From Macrostomum lignano (Eukaryota): 64,000 nt of DNA. Position numbers and translations under genes: made by a program. This document shows positions 35,861-47,737 of the stretch, piece after piece. The DNA is taken from positions 14,896 through 78,895 of the forward strand of contig NIVC01003752.1 in assembly GCA_002269645.1 (NCBI GenBank), given 5' to 3'. Numbering within the stretch: the first letter of the stretch is position 1; each line of letters starts with the position of its first letter. The notes below the pieces were generated by a model. That model was not told the origin of the DNA, ran no database searches, and saw only the letters and a program-made list of their open reading frames with translations.

Positions 35861-38566
35861 TAGCTTTTGTTCATTGAAGCTAATTTGAACTTGAAGCTCT
35901 AAATATGCTTAAGGAATAACGAAATTCTTGAATATTTTGAACAAATATGAATGAAATATAAACTGTATCTCAATTGCATGTTTGATTGCTTTGTTGGCTT
36001 TAAAATTTTGGGTCAGTTTCGGGTTTTGAGTTTTGGGTATATATCAAATTTCAATTTCGGGTTTTGGTCAGTAGCAAAAAATCATTTTTGGGCTATCTCT
36101 AATCATACATGCCCAACACTTGTCCAACCTATCCAAACTAGACAGGTGAAATAGCTGCTGGCCAAGGTAAGTCGCAAAATCGAAAATGCAAAAAACAAAA
36201 ATTAGGGGAGGAAAGAAAGGAGAAGAGAAAAGGAAAAGAAAGGAGGGAGAAGAGAAAGAGGGGAAGAGGAGAGAGAAAGAGAAAGAGAAAAAAAAGACAA
36301 AAAGGCAAGAAAAGTCATATACAAAGTGAAAATTAAATTGCAATTGGGGGAACTAAGTTGCAATCAGGAGGAACTAAGTTGAAAATCTAGACAAAACTAA
36401 ATTGCACTGGACAGGTGAAATTTTGAGGTTGGGCATGTATGTCTCTAATTTAGATGCATTGTTTAATACCAAAGTGCTATCTAAGCTGACTAGTGAAGAT
36501 CTACAAATGCTGCACTGGATTGAGAATGAGTCTGCGCCAAAATTGACTGACTTAAAAAAATTGACTGACTCAACAAAAACTTAATGTGGCAAGGTTCTAA
36601 CAGTTCTTCAACAAGAAGGGGCTCATTAGGAGTCTAAAGCATATGCCAGGTTGATTCCTGATTGATGGTCTGAGGCTTTTCTATTTCTCTTCAAAAGTAG
36701 GATGAAGCATACTACGTGCCAAAGTCTTATCTGTTTTCGTGTGGCATTCAACAGCACTTGCACTGGAACCCATCCATCAATTGCCAGGTGAATATCATTA
36801 CTAGGTAGTAGAGAATTATTCAAGTGTTGCAACCAAGTTCTTGTCAAACTTATTTGTGATAGAAAAAATAATATTACTCCTTTTATTGTTTTTGTTGTTA
36901 TGTCATTATCATGTTTACATTCTTTTATATAGCCAAATGCCTATTAATTTTATGGCAACAATATAAATCAGCTAGCAAACAACTGAATTGTTGCCAAGAG
37001 GATCATTACTGAAAACCATAGACAAAAGGATATAGTAAATAAAATTAGGCCTAGTGAAATTGTTGCTAAAATGTAAATTTTGCTTTATTATTTTTAAGTT
37101 ATAATTTTTATTTTGTTTAAAATATTAAACAAAAAATTAAAATAATAAATATTAAAATATTAAAATATTAAAATATTAAAAATTTGTTAGATTTTTGCAC
37201 AATTTTTTTTGTATAAAAACCTTTCATAGACAACTCTACTCATGAAAACCACATGAATTTTTTAAGAAAAATTTTTGGTATACATTTTAGGGAATTTTTT
37301 TGTTTTTTGTATACATTGGCATACATTTAGCTAAAATAAGATTCTTGTTCTGGCATAACTGGCATAATGTTCTGGCACCTATACAATCTGGACCCTAGCC
37401 TAGTCATTTTCTTTTTATGTAATACTCTATTAGTATTTAATTAACTTGTGATATTATTGAATTTATGATAAAAAAGAGTTGAAAAAAGCAAGTGCAAATG
37501 TACAAAATAGCCTAGGGCCTAGCATCAAAATGTGTGGGGGGGCATAGCCACATTCAACCCATAGTCATGATCATAGCATGCATCCTGCATTATATTGTGT
37601 CAGATTTCCACCCTCTTTAGTCCCCCCTCCCCTACCTGCTGTTGCTCTAGAATAGGCTGATATAATGCATGTTCAATGTCTTTTTATGCTAGAATTTTTT
37701 ATGAAAAGGTCATCTTCTAGACTATGGTTTATAATCTCTATTTTTAGTGGGAGGGCCAAGGTCAGGAATGTATACTAGTGTAAGCCCAAGTGAAAATTGC
37801 TTTCCTAGTTCATATATGCTAATATATGCTAATGGACTTTTATCACACAAAATCTTAAATATTTAAAAAAATTAGTAAAAACTGATTAAGTTTTTTAAAG
37901 AACCCTAAAGAACTAGTTTATTTTACCTGATCGTGACTATGGCTTTGCTATTTATATTGTTTAAATAATGAAATGTTATTTATAATCTGTTTCTACAAGC
38001 TAATATAACAAGAGTTATATTCAAAAAAGTAGTATAGCATACATTAACATATCTTTTTGGAAAAGCATTTTCTATGTGTTATTTGTTATGTTTTTATGCC
38101 TTATATCATAAAAGTTATATTAAATATATTTAAAAATTAACATTTAAAAATGAAGTTGGAAGTTGAAGTTGAAGTGAGATTAACCAATTTGCTACAAAAA
38201 TTTGTATGTCATGCACCAAAGACCCTAATATGTATTATTATATTATGTTATATCATTATACTATATTATCATAATAGAATAATTATAGACTGAATGATAA
38301 GAGACACCAAGAATTTTCTGTGGCAAAAGCCACTTTCTTATTATATTGTAGGGTCATTAGGCCTATTTAGCAAAAAATCCTAAGGAAAATTTTAGGATAA
38401 ATACCAAGCATATTAAGAGCCAAAGACATGCTAAATTAGGCATAAACAGATGCTATGCAGCAGCAGATCTAGGTAGTTACGTCTTTTAGCTAAGGTCATG
38501 TTTATTAAATCTTGCTCTTGTATGTTTCAACTTTTTAAAAATATCATTCAGGCTTCTTAAACTAAA

Positions 38567-38710
38567 TAGGTGCAACAATAACAATAGGTGCAACAATAAC
38601 AATAGGTGCAACAATAACAATAGGTGCAACAATAACAATAGGTGCAACAATAACAATAGGTGCAACAATAACAATAGGTGCAACAATAACAATAGGTGCA
38701 ACAATAACAA
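38567..38710. repeat. 18-bp tandem repeat, about 8 copies
   Basis: aggtgcaacaataacaat repeated. Confidence 0.95.
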
Positions 38711-38834
38711 TATAAACCATATTAGAAATCCTGCTAAAAATGCAGGATAACATTGACTCTGCTGATAGTTTTTTCTCATAAACTTTTATCCTAATTTACA
38801 GCTCTGTTAATGACTTCATTACATTCCATTTTAG

Positions 38835-38984
38835 ACTGTCCAACAAGATCCACTGATTCGTTACATTGCTAATGAGTTCAAGCGGCATCAGGCTACTCAA
38901 GAAATTAATTGCAAAGCTCAAAATGAGGCTTCTTATTTAGCTAGCACATATTTGTCCTACCTGACTAGTTGTCAGAAGCATCAG
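38835..38984 (+). CDS. FMC1: FMC1, exon 2
   Basis: ttttag|..150 nt..|gttagt; YIANEFKRHQATQEINCKAQNEASYLASTYL aligns with the human YLVKAFRAHRVTSEKLCRAQHELHFQAATYL as recalled. Not in the ORF track. Confidence 0.85.
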
Positions 38985-39406
38985 GTTAGTTGAGCTGATT
39001 TTCTATTAAACCATAAAAAATGTTTCAATGGGAAGATTCGCTAAACAGAACTCACAATGGCAACTGTTGGAGAGGCGACTGTTGAGTCACGAGTTCATCG
39101 CGTGAGTTGCAGAATCGTAGAAAACGATTGCAAAAAAGTTGACCAAAAGTCGCTTTGTTAGCGCTTAACTTTCTACTGACTCAAGTAGACTAAATAGAGT
39201 TTTTACAAATGCAAAATGCGATTCTAATTCATAGAGTGACGCAGATGCGCAACTCAAGTGATTCCACAGCGACCATTTTCATCGGGTGAACAGTAAAAGC
39301 AAGCCTCTCCATCAAACACAATACTAATTTGTATTTTAGATAGATAGGCAAATTACTTTCAACCTTAAATCCAAATTCAAATCCAATTATATATTAACTA
39401 TTGCAG

Positions 39407-39502
39407 TCGCTGATTGACACCTACGGCGCCAAAGGTGAACGCACGACCAAGCAGGCTGCTCGATTAGTTGGTCTAGACGTTCCTGACACACCTGGCCAGT
39501 GA
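39407..39502 (+). CDS. FMC1: FMC1, exon 3
   Basis: ttgcag|SLIDTYGAKGERTTKQAARLVGLDVP..*, matching the KGERS.EE.A.LVGL.LP motif. Confidence 0.88.
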   Translation, partial: SLIDTYGAKGERTTKQAARLVGLDVPDTPGQ

Positions 39503-39701
39503 TTCGCCAGGACTTCTGGTCTATCTTGTTGAAGAAACTGACTTATTACTAAATAATTAGCCTGTTAAAAGTTAGAAGACTGTATTATTTAACCGAAATA
39601 TCAAATAAAACTGTTAGTATCGATACCGACTGTCATTTTTTGTTTTGTGTTTCAAACTTGACGAATTCTGTTTTCAATTATTCTTAGTCGCATTTCTGTT
39701 T

Positions 39702-39798
39702 ACCCAGTTGTTAGCTGAACTTTGCTTTTGTGTGTAACATTGGAAGGTCACCCAGTTGTTAGCTGAACTTTGCTTTTGTGTGTAACATTGGAAGGTCA
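39702..39798. repeat. 48-bp direct duplication
   Basis: acccagttgttagctgaactttgcttttgtgtgtaacattggaaggtc at 39702 and 39750. Confidence 0.9.
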
Positions 39799-39944
39799 AA
39801 ATCTACCCGTGCACTTCCATCTGTCTATTAGTTGATAACAGACTGTGTTACATTGTTCAAGTTGTAACTGGCCCCTTTGTTTACAATTGTTTAAAATAAT
39901 AGTTTAAGCTAAGATAGGTAGATTCATAGTTAGATGGAAGAATG

Positions 39945-40002
<58 letters not shown>

Positions 40003-40110
40003 CAAATAGATAGATAGATAGATAGATAGATGGATAGACAAATAGATAGATAGATAGACAGATAGATAGACAGTTAGATAGGTAGATAGATAGACAGACA
40101 GGTAGATGGA
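39945..40110. repeat. (GATA)n microsatellite
   Basis: GATA run with GACA/GGTA variants. Confidence 0.95.
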
Positions 40111-40252
40111 TGGATTGATGGAAATAGAGAACTCGTGCTCATTTACGCTAAAAGCTATAGGGCTTAAAGTTCTAATGGGCGCTACTATGAGTAGAAATGC
40201 ACGCTCAAATCGCTAATTTCTCATTGACCCTACTGAACCTGCAGCCACAGCC

Positions 40253-40576
40253 ATGGACGTTGACAGCCCAGCCTCCGCCTCCGCGTCATCTGCCGCTGCC
40301 AGTCGCAAGCGCTTCGAAGTGAAAAAGTGGAACGCCGTAGCGTTGTGGGCCTGGGACATTCAAGTTGACACGTGCGCCATCTGCCGCAACCACATCATGG
40401 ACCTGTGCATCGAGTGCCAGGCCAACCAGGCCTCAGCTACCAGCGAAGAGTGCACAGTGGCCTGGGGCGTCTGCAATCACGCCTTCCATTTTCATTGCAT
40501 CTCGCGTTGGCTGAAAACTCGCCAAGTTTGCCCGCTGGACAATCGCGAGTGGGAGTTCCAGAAGTACGGGCACTAG
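40253..40576 (+). CDS. RBX1: RING-box protein 1 (cullin-RING E3 subunit), intronless
   Basis: [73 protein letters not shown]. Confidence 0.99.
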   Translation: MDVDSPASASASSAAASRKRFEVKKWNAVALWAWDIQVDTCAICRNHIMDLCIECQANQASATSEECTVAWGVCNHAFHFHCISRWLKTRQVCPLDNREWEFQKYGH

Positions 40577-40911
40577 AGTGTCGCGTTGTTGGGGATTAAC
40601 TGCGATGTTTTTTGGAGGGTTGATTCGCTTAAAAAACCATTTCTTAATTGTTGTTTTATTCAGTAGTCTTGATTTCTTTTCTAAGAAATCCAAGTGTCCC
40701 GTATACGTTTACTAAAGTACTCGATAAGTTTGTAAACATAATTCATTTGATAATGTTTAAAAAATAACTTCTTACGCAAGCTTATAATGTTTGTGTAATT
40801 GGCAGATTGAATTCGCGTGGTTCTTTTTCTGTTTCAAATTATAAAAGCTTTGACGACTGTTATATATCTTTATAATATGTTTGTTTGTTTACTCATATTG
40901 ATAGTAATATG

Positions 40912-41510
40912 GCTTAGAGTTCAGGTATTCCATTGAGTAGATTAGAGATGATTGGATGAGGTATTCGATTCTGAGTAGATTAGAGTTCAGGTATTCCATT
41001 GAGTAGATTAGAGATGATTGGATGAGGTATTCGATTCTGAGTAGATTAGAGTTCAGGTATTCCATTGAGTAGATTAGAGATGATTGGATGAGGTATTCGA
41101 TTCTGAGTAGATTAGAGTTCAGGTATTCGATTCTTAGTAGATTAGAGTTCAGGTGTTCGATTCTGAGTAGATTAGAGTTCAGGTGTTCGATTCTGAGTAG
41201 ATTAGAGTTCAGGTATTCGATTATGAGTAGATTAGAGTTTAGGTATTCGATTCTGAGTAGATTAGAGTTCAGGTGTTCGATTCTGAGTAGATTAGAGTTC
41301 AGGTATTCGATTCTGTGTAGATTAGAGTTCAGTTATTCGATTATGAGTAGATTAGAGTTCAGGTATTCGATTATGAGTAGATTAGAGTTTAGGTATTCGA
41401 TTCTGAGTAGATTAAAGTTCAGGTATTCGATTCTGAATAGATTTGCGTTCAGGTATTCGATTCTGAGTAGATTAGAGTTCAGGTATTCGATTCTGAGTAG
41501 ATTAGAGTAT
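40912..41510. repeat. Minisatellite: 66-bp unit x3, then 30-bp unit x about 14
   Basis: 30-mer gagtagattagagttcaggtattcgattct; the 66-mer is a composite of variant units. Confidence 0.92.
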
Positions 41511-41602
41511 TTTCAATTCATTCCGACGTCGATTTCTGCTCTAATCGCCCCAGCTTAGCTGGGAAACCAGTCAGCGAGTTTAATCTCCCCATTTCTATCA
41601 GC

Positions 41603-42529
41603 ATGACATTCACCGTAGTAGATCTCAAAGTGACGCTTCTGTCACTAATGGCAACGACAGTTCTAGCAGTCTGCTTAGGCCCAGTGTACGCACTGCACAG
41701 GATTCGCAACTCAGAATTGGCATCTAGATTTGCTCGCGGTCGCGTTGAAGAACGTCGCAGGCGTCGACTCCGCGAACTGTGGGTGTCGCGTATGTCGGTA
41801 TTCGCCGCTGGCGTGTTCGTGTCGGTCGGCCTGATGGACCTGTTCCCCGACGCCTACGGCGATCTCAGCGAAGCAGCTGACGTTTATCGTTGGCGAATGC
41901 GAAGGTTTCCGCTGTCTTATTTTTTAATGCTGTGCGGCTTCTTCATGGTGCTAGTGCTGGAGCAGGTTGTGCTCAGCTGCCGAGAGCGTCAGATGTTGAG
42001 CCAGTCGGGTCGGTCCCAGAAACGGAGAGATAAGCGAATGAAGGAAAGAGAACCTGCAGCTGTCAACAACTCGGTAGAAACCGACGCCTTGCTTGGCCAG
42101 CCAATCAGAACAGGCCGCGCTAATGTACCGGCCGCTCTGATTGGCTACGGCACTTCGCATATGATAGCTAATAGTAGTAGTCAATCAATTTCAGTTGCTA
42201 GGCGAGCCAGGTCTCTGTCGGACATCGCCGCGTCCTGGCGTCAGGCCGGGGAGTTCGACGAATTCCCATCGATTGTTGGCATCCGGGCTGAGCCTGTGCT
42301 GCCGCCGCCGCCCGCCCCCTGGAGTGCCGGGGCCGGGGCAGCGCGTCGATATGGCGGAGTCGATGATGACAATGATGACGTCATCATATCGACGAGTCAG
42401 GCCGAGGCGGCGGCAGCCGTGGCCGAGATTGAAGCCGCTCTGTCCGAGGAGGACACAGCGTCGAGTATGGCGCACGAGTGCGACCACCGAAGTCATAGGG
42501 ATCATAATAATTTTGTTAGCGGCAGTCAG
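41603..42529 (+). CDS. ZIP1/2/3-type (SLC39 subfamily II) zinc transporter, exon 1
   Basis: TM1-3 (FAAGVFVSVGLMDLFPD; FPLSYFLMLCGFFMVLVLEQ), long loop with HECDHRSH; phase-0 donor CAG|GTGAGA. Confidence 0.9.
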
Positions 42530-42539
42530 GTGAGATCAT

Positions 42540-42790
42540 ATTGCCTGTGTGTCAGTAGGGAATTTCTCAGATTGCCTGTGTGTCAGTGGGGAATTTCTCA
42601 GATTGCCTGTGTGTCAGTGGGGAATTTCTCAGACTACCTGTGTATCAGTGGGAAATTTTTCAGACTGCCTGTGTGTCAGGTAATTTCTCAGACTGCCTGT
42701 GTTAAAGGGGAATTTCTCAGACTGCCTGTGTTAAAGGGGAATTTCTCAGACTGCCTGTGTTAAAGGGGAATTTCTCACGTTGCCAAGACC
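42540..42790. repeat. About 31-bp minisatellite at the start of the ZIP intron
   Basis: ttgcctgtgtgtcagtggggaatttctcaga-like units, about 8 copies. Confidence 0.88.
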
Positions 42791-43240
42791 ACTAAAGTAG
42801 TAAATCGGCCCAGAAGCCAAAGCGACTCATGAGGGCGGCGGTTGATCGAGGTCCGAAAAATGGCTCAAAAGGCTCTAATAGAGTAAGGAGTCTTTCGGGT
42901 TTCCATCGCGTGTTGAAAATTTATGCTTTTTCACTGGCGTATTCTGTGAATCGCCATCATTTGTGAATTGGACTGTAAAGTAGCCAGCCTGAACGACTTT
43001 CAATATCTAGAAAGAAATCGCTTTTTAACACTTCAACTACTTTTACTTTGACCTGTGGAGCTTTGAATGTTGTAGCATTTTTGTCCTGTTACAAATGGGA
43101 ATTTGTGGCTGTGTTTTCAAAGTAAATACGAGTCTTCTCGTGTGTCAATGTGTTTTGAAATAATTAGTCTCAATCTGCCTTTAAATGAGTCTCACTGTGT
43201 CTCAAAATGAGTCTTAATCTGCCTTCAAATCAGTCTCAAT

Positions 43241-46200
43241 ACTACTATACGTGCAGTTTTCCGGGCGTTTTGGAGGTGGGGTGGGTGTCAACCCTCCTCG
43301 CCTCTCATTGGCTGGCGACCCGATCACTAGGTGATCGATACGCGTATCGATATCGGCGCTCGGCGCGCGCACAGTGAGACTCATTTCGAGACACAGTGAG
43401 ACTCATTTCGAGACACAGTGAGACTCATTTCGAGACACAGTGAGACTCATTTAGAGACACAGTGAGACTCATTTAGAGACACAGTGAGACTCATTTAGAG
43501 ACACAGTGAGAATCATTTCGAGACACAGTGAGACTCATTTAGAGACACAGTGAGACTCATTTAGAGACACAGTGAGACTCATTTAGAGACACAGTGAGAA
43601 TCATTTCGAGACACAGTGACACTCATTTAGAGACACAGTGAGACTCATTTAGAGACACAGTGAGAATCATTTCAAGACACAGTGAGACTCATTTTGAGAC
43701 ACAGTGAGAATCATTTTGAGACACAGTGAGAATCATTTTGAGACACAGTGAGACTCATTTTGAGACACAGTGAGAATCATTTCGAGACACAGTGAGAATC
43801 ATTTTGATGCATAGTGAGACTCATTTTGAGACACAGTGAGACTCATTTTGAGACACAGTGAGAATCATTTCGAGACACAGTGAGAATCATTTTGATGCAT
43901 AGTGAGACTCATTTTGATGCATAGTGAGACTCATTTCAAGACACAGTGAGACTCATTTCAAGACACAGTGAGACTCATATGAAGAAACATTGAGACTACT
44001 ATACGTGCAGTTTTCCGGGCGTTTTGGAGGTGGGGTGGGTGTCAACCCTCCTCGCCTCTCATTGGCTGGCGACCCGATCACTAGGTGATCGATACGCGTA
44101 TCGATATCGGCGCTCGGCGCGCGCGCGCCGCAGGCGCGTGGCGCCAAGCGCCGCAGGCGCACCCTCCCGATATGTACCCCGATATGTATGCCCTCCCTCC
44201 TGATATGTATGCCCTCCCGAGTCGCAGGCGCCCATGCAGCAGGCGCCCCCCCTCCCCGCCGCACGCGCCCTCCCCCGACATGTATGCCGCAGGCGCCCTC
44301 CCCGCCTCAGGCGCCCCTCCCGATATGTATGCGCACTCTCCCTATATGTACACCGATATGTATGCAGCAGGCGCCCCGAGTGTACACTCTCCCGATATGT
44401 GTGTACACCGATATGTAGTCATCGATACGGGCCTCTTCCCCTCTCTCACCTACATCTCAACTAGCGAAATCGAACCCAGGTCGCGCCCATACTAGGACAC
44501 TACACGGTTGTGGGGTATAGGGAGCGAGAAGTTTCAACCCTAACGCTGACGCAGCCCTGTACAGTGAGAGTGTACGGGCAGAGAGGGGTGGGGCGGACAG
44601 AGAACCAGCCACTAGGTTGTTATACTGTTGAAGCATAGGGAGCGAGAAGTTTTAACCCCGATGCTGACGCAGCCCTGTACACTGAGCGTGTACGGGCAGA
44701 GGGTGGGTGGAAAGAGATGTGAATAACACAGCCTGCTGCAGGAGCCGGATAGAGAGGCGCATGCTAGGACAGAGAGGTAGTGTGAGTCACACACACCCCA
44801 CAGAGAAAGCCATACAGAGGATAGAGAGCTCCCTCCCCAGTTGCAGGGGACAGAGAGGCAGGCAGGGTATGCAGGGGCATGCGAACCGTCAAGGGGCCAC
44901 GCGAGGATAGAGTGGAGGAGCAGAGATGTGTTTGGACAGAGAGCCAGCCACGTGTGCGTAGTGTGAGGGAACAGAAACATATGGAGCAGGAGGGAGATAG
45001 GAAGCAAACGCGCAGGGTAAGGGAGCCACACAGGACGGTACAGTGAGACACGGGCAGGGGTGGAGCCGTGCGTGGACAGAGCTGAACGGCACGGTCAGCT
45101 GCAGGAATAGGATGATAGAGAGGCGCGGAGGGGGACAGAGAGCAGTGTGCAGGGGTAGGCAGCCACGCAGGCTGGGGAACAGAGAGGCGCGTGTCAGCCA
45201 GTTGCAGCCCGGGACAGAGAAGTATGAAGGGGGGCCTGGGACAGAGTTCCGAGCAAGGCACAGAGGTAGGGTCTGTTCCGGACTGTTCTGTCCGGCATGT
45301 GGAAAAGTATTTGCCCCGCCTTCGCTTACTCATACTGCACACAGACAAAGCTTATCTCTATTAGCAATCTGTTCGTGGTGGTTTAGAAGGATACTGTCTT
45401 CCTGTATATAGCTCTCTATCCCTTCATCACTCGTAATAACTTCATAAATGCTCGCTTGACCAATGGCTGGTACTGAACTAATAATTCATACGATACATAA
45501 TGGTTAATACTTTCTAACTCCGTACAGCTCACAAGTTTCTACTCTCTACCTTATCAGTAACATTAAAATAAAAAGGTAAAATTTGCTGGTTTTGTGCCTT
45601 GTTTGCTTACTTTTCTATTAAAATACTTGCGGTTTATAATTGAAAATGTCTGCTTTTTATTCAATTTTATGTGGTTTGAAGGTTTATTTTTGCTAAAATG
45701 CCTGGTTTCTTATAAAAATTTCTACTCTCGACAATGATTGTGTCAGCTATTTCATTAAAATAACCTACTTTTGAATAAAACGTTGTATTTAAGCCCCTAG
45801 TTTTTTTTTCAAAACATAATGGAAACCCTCACAACGCCCTTGGAACCTCCTCAAGCAGCTTACATAGAGCATGCAGACCCCGAAACCCCCTCTAGTGTGC
45901 CCTGATTTCAGCGGTCTGACGGTTAAGATCTGTATTTTTACACTATATTTTCCTTCATGCAGCAATACAGGAGGGTTTGGTAGAGTGAGTCTGGCGGGAG
46001 AGGGGCTTGTGGGGTGATGAGGATGCGTACACACAGTTTAGCCTGTTTTAGTCTACCCTTTGGGCTAATATGCTTACTATTATTACTACTATTATACCTA
46101 CTATGTACATACTATTATACTACCCGCTATTAAACATGTTGCACTAAAACCAACTTTTGAAAATACATAGCGTGTTTTGGTCGATTCTCCCTCACGTCTC

Positions 46201-47720
46201 TGTCCCTACACATGTGCTCTGCTCGCTTTGGTCTCTGCTTGTGTACCTCTCTGTAACGTCTCTGTATGCTCTGACTGGTTTCTCCGTCCCCGCACGCGCC
46301 GCTACTAAAGTTTGCTGTTACCTACCCCTACACACTGCTCTCTGTCTCCCTCCGCGCACACCTCTCTGGCCTTGCATGCAACTTGCATGTCTGCTCCCCT
46401 GTCCTGCCCTCGCGTGGCTCCCTGCCTATACATAGCTACAGGACCCTACCTCTGTGCCTTGCTCGGAACTCTGTCCCAGGCCCCCCTTCATACTTCTCTG
46501 TCCCGGGCTGCAACTGGCTGACACGCGCCTCTCTGTTCCCCAGCCTGCGTGGCTGCCTACCCCTGCACACTGCTCTCTGTCCCCCTCCGCGCCTCTCTAT
46601 CATCCTATTCCTGCAGCTGACCGTGCCGTTCAGCTCTGTCCACGCACGGCTCCACCCCTGCCCGTGTCTCACTGTACCGTCCTGTGTGGCTCCCTTACCC
46701 TGCGCGTTTGCTTCCTATCTCCCTCCTGCTCCATATGTTTCTGTTCCCTCACACTACGCACACGTGGCTGGCTCTCTGTCCAAACACATCTCTGCTCCTC
46801 CACTCTATCCTCGCGTGGCCCCTTGACGGTTCGCATGCCCCTGCATACCCTGCCTGCCTCTCTGTCCCCTGCAACTGGGGAGGGAGCTCTCTATCCTCTG
46901 TATGGCTTTCTCTGTGGGGTGTGTGTGACTCACACTACCTCTCTGTCCTAGCATGCGCCTCTCTATCCGGCTCCTGCAGCAGGCTGTGTTATTCACATCT
47001 CTTTCCACCCACCCTCTGCCCGTACACGCTCAGTGTACAGGGCTGCGTCAGCATCGGGGTTAAAACTTCTCGCTCCCTATGCTTCAACAGTATAACAACC
47101 TAGTGGCTGGTTCTCTGTCCGCCCCACCCCTCTCTGCCCGTACACTCTCACTGTACAGGGCTGCGTCAGCGTTAGGGTTGAAACTTCTCGCTCCCTATAC
47201 CCCACAACCGTGTAGTGTCCTAGTATGGGCGCGACCTGGGTTCGATTTCGCTAGTTGAGATGTAGGTGAGAGAGGGGAAGAGGCCCGTATCGATGACTAC
47301 ATATCGGTGTACACACATATCGGGAGAGTGTACACTCGGGGCGCCTGCTGCATACATATCGGTGTACATATAGGGAGAGTGCGCATACATATCGGGAGGG
47401 GCGCCTGAGGCGGGGAGGGCGCCTGCGGCATACATGTCGGGGGAGGGCGCGTGCGGCGGGGAGGGGGGGCGCCTGCTGCATGGGCGCCTGCGACTCGGGA
47501 GGGCATACATATCAGGAGGGAGGGCATACATATCGGGGTACATATCGGGAGGGTGCGCCTGCGGCGCTTGGCGCCACGCGCCTGCGGCGCGCGCGCGCCG
47601 AGCGCCGATATCGATACGCGTATCGATCACCTAGTGATCGGGTCGCCAGCCAATGAGAGGCGAGGAGGGTTGACACCCACCCCACCTCCAAAACGCCCGG
47701 AAAACTGCACGTATAGTAGT
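43241..47720. mobile_element. Non-coding giant-TIR element (Polinton/Maverick-like hallmarks)
   Basis: Termini ACTACTATAC..GTATAGTAGT; 6-bp TSD CTCAAT (43235-40, 47721-26); arms 43995-45273 and 46442-47720 mirror exactly (coordinates sum to 91715; mirrored ORF translations identical); 1168-bp core. Confidence 0.8.
43371..43977 (-). repeat. 22-bp minisatellite, inverted copy of the 47738 array
   Basis: acacagtgagactcatttcgag units; order of variants mirrors the right array. Confidence 0.95.
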
Positions 47721-47737
47721 CTCAATGTTTCTTCATA

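Noticed and set aside
43995-47720. Palindrome as a pure fold-back read artefact
   Set aside because: A 1168-bp unique core, a 6-bp TSD, in-register empty-site reconstruction and a one-unit array difference argue it is real; read-level confirmation is still needed.
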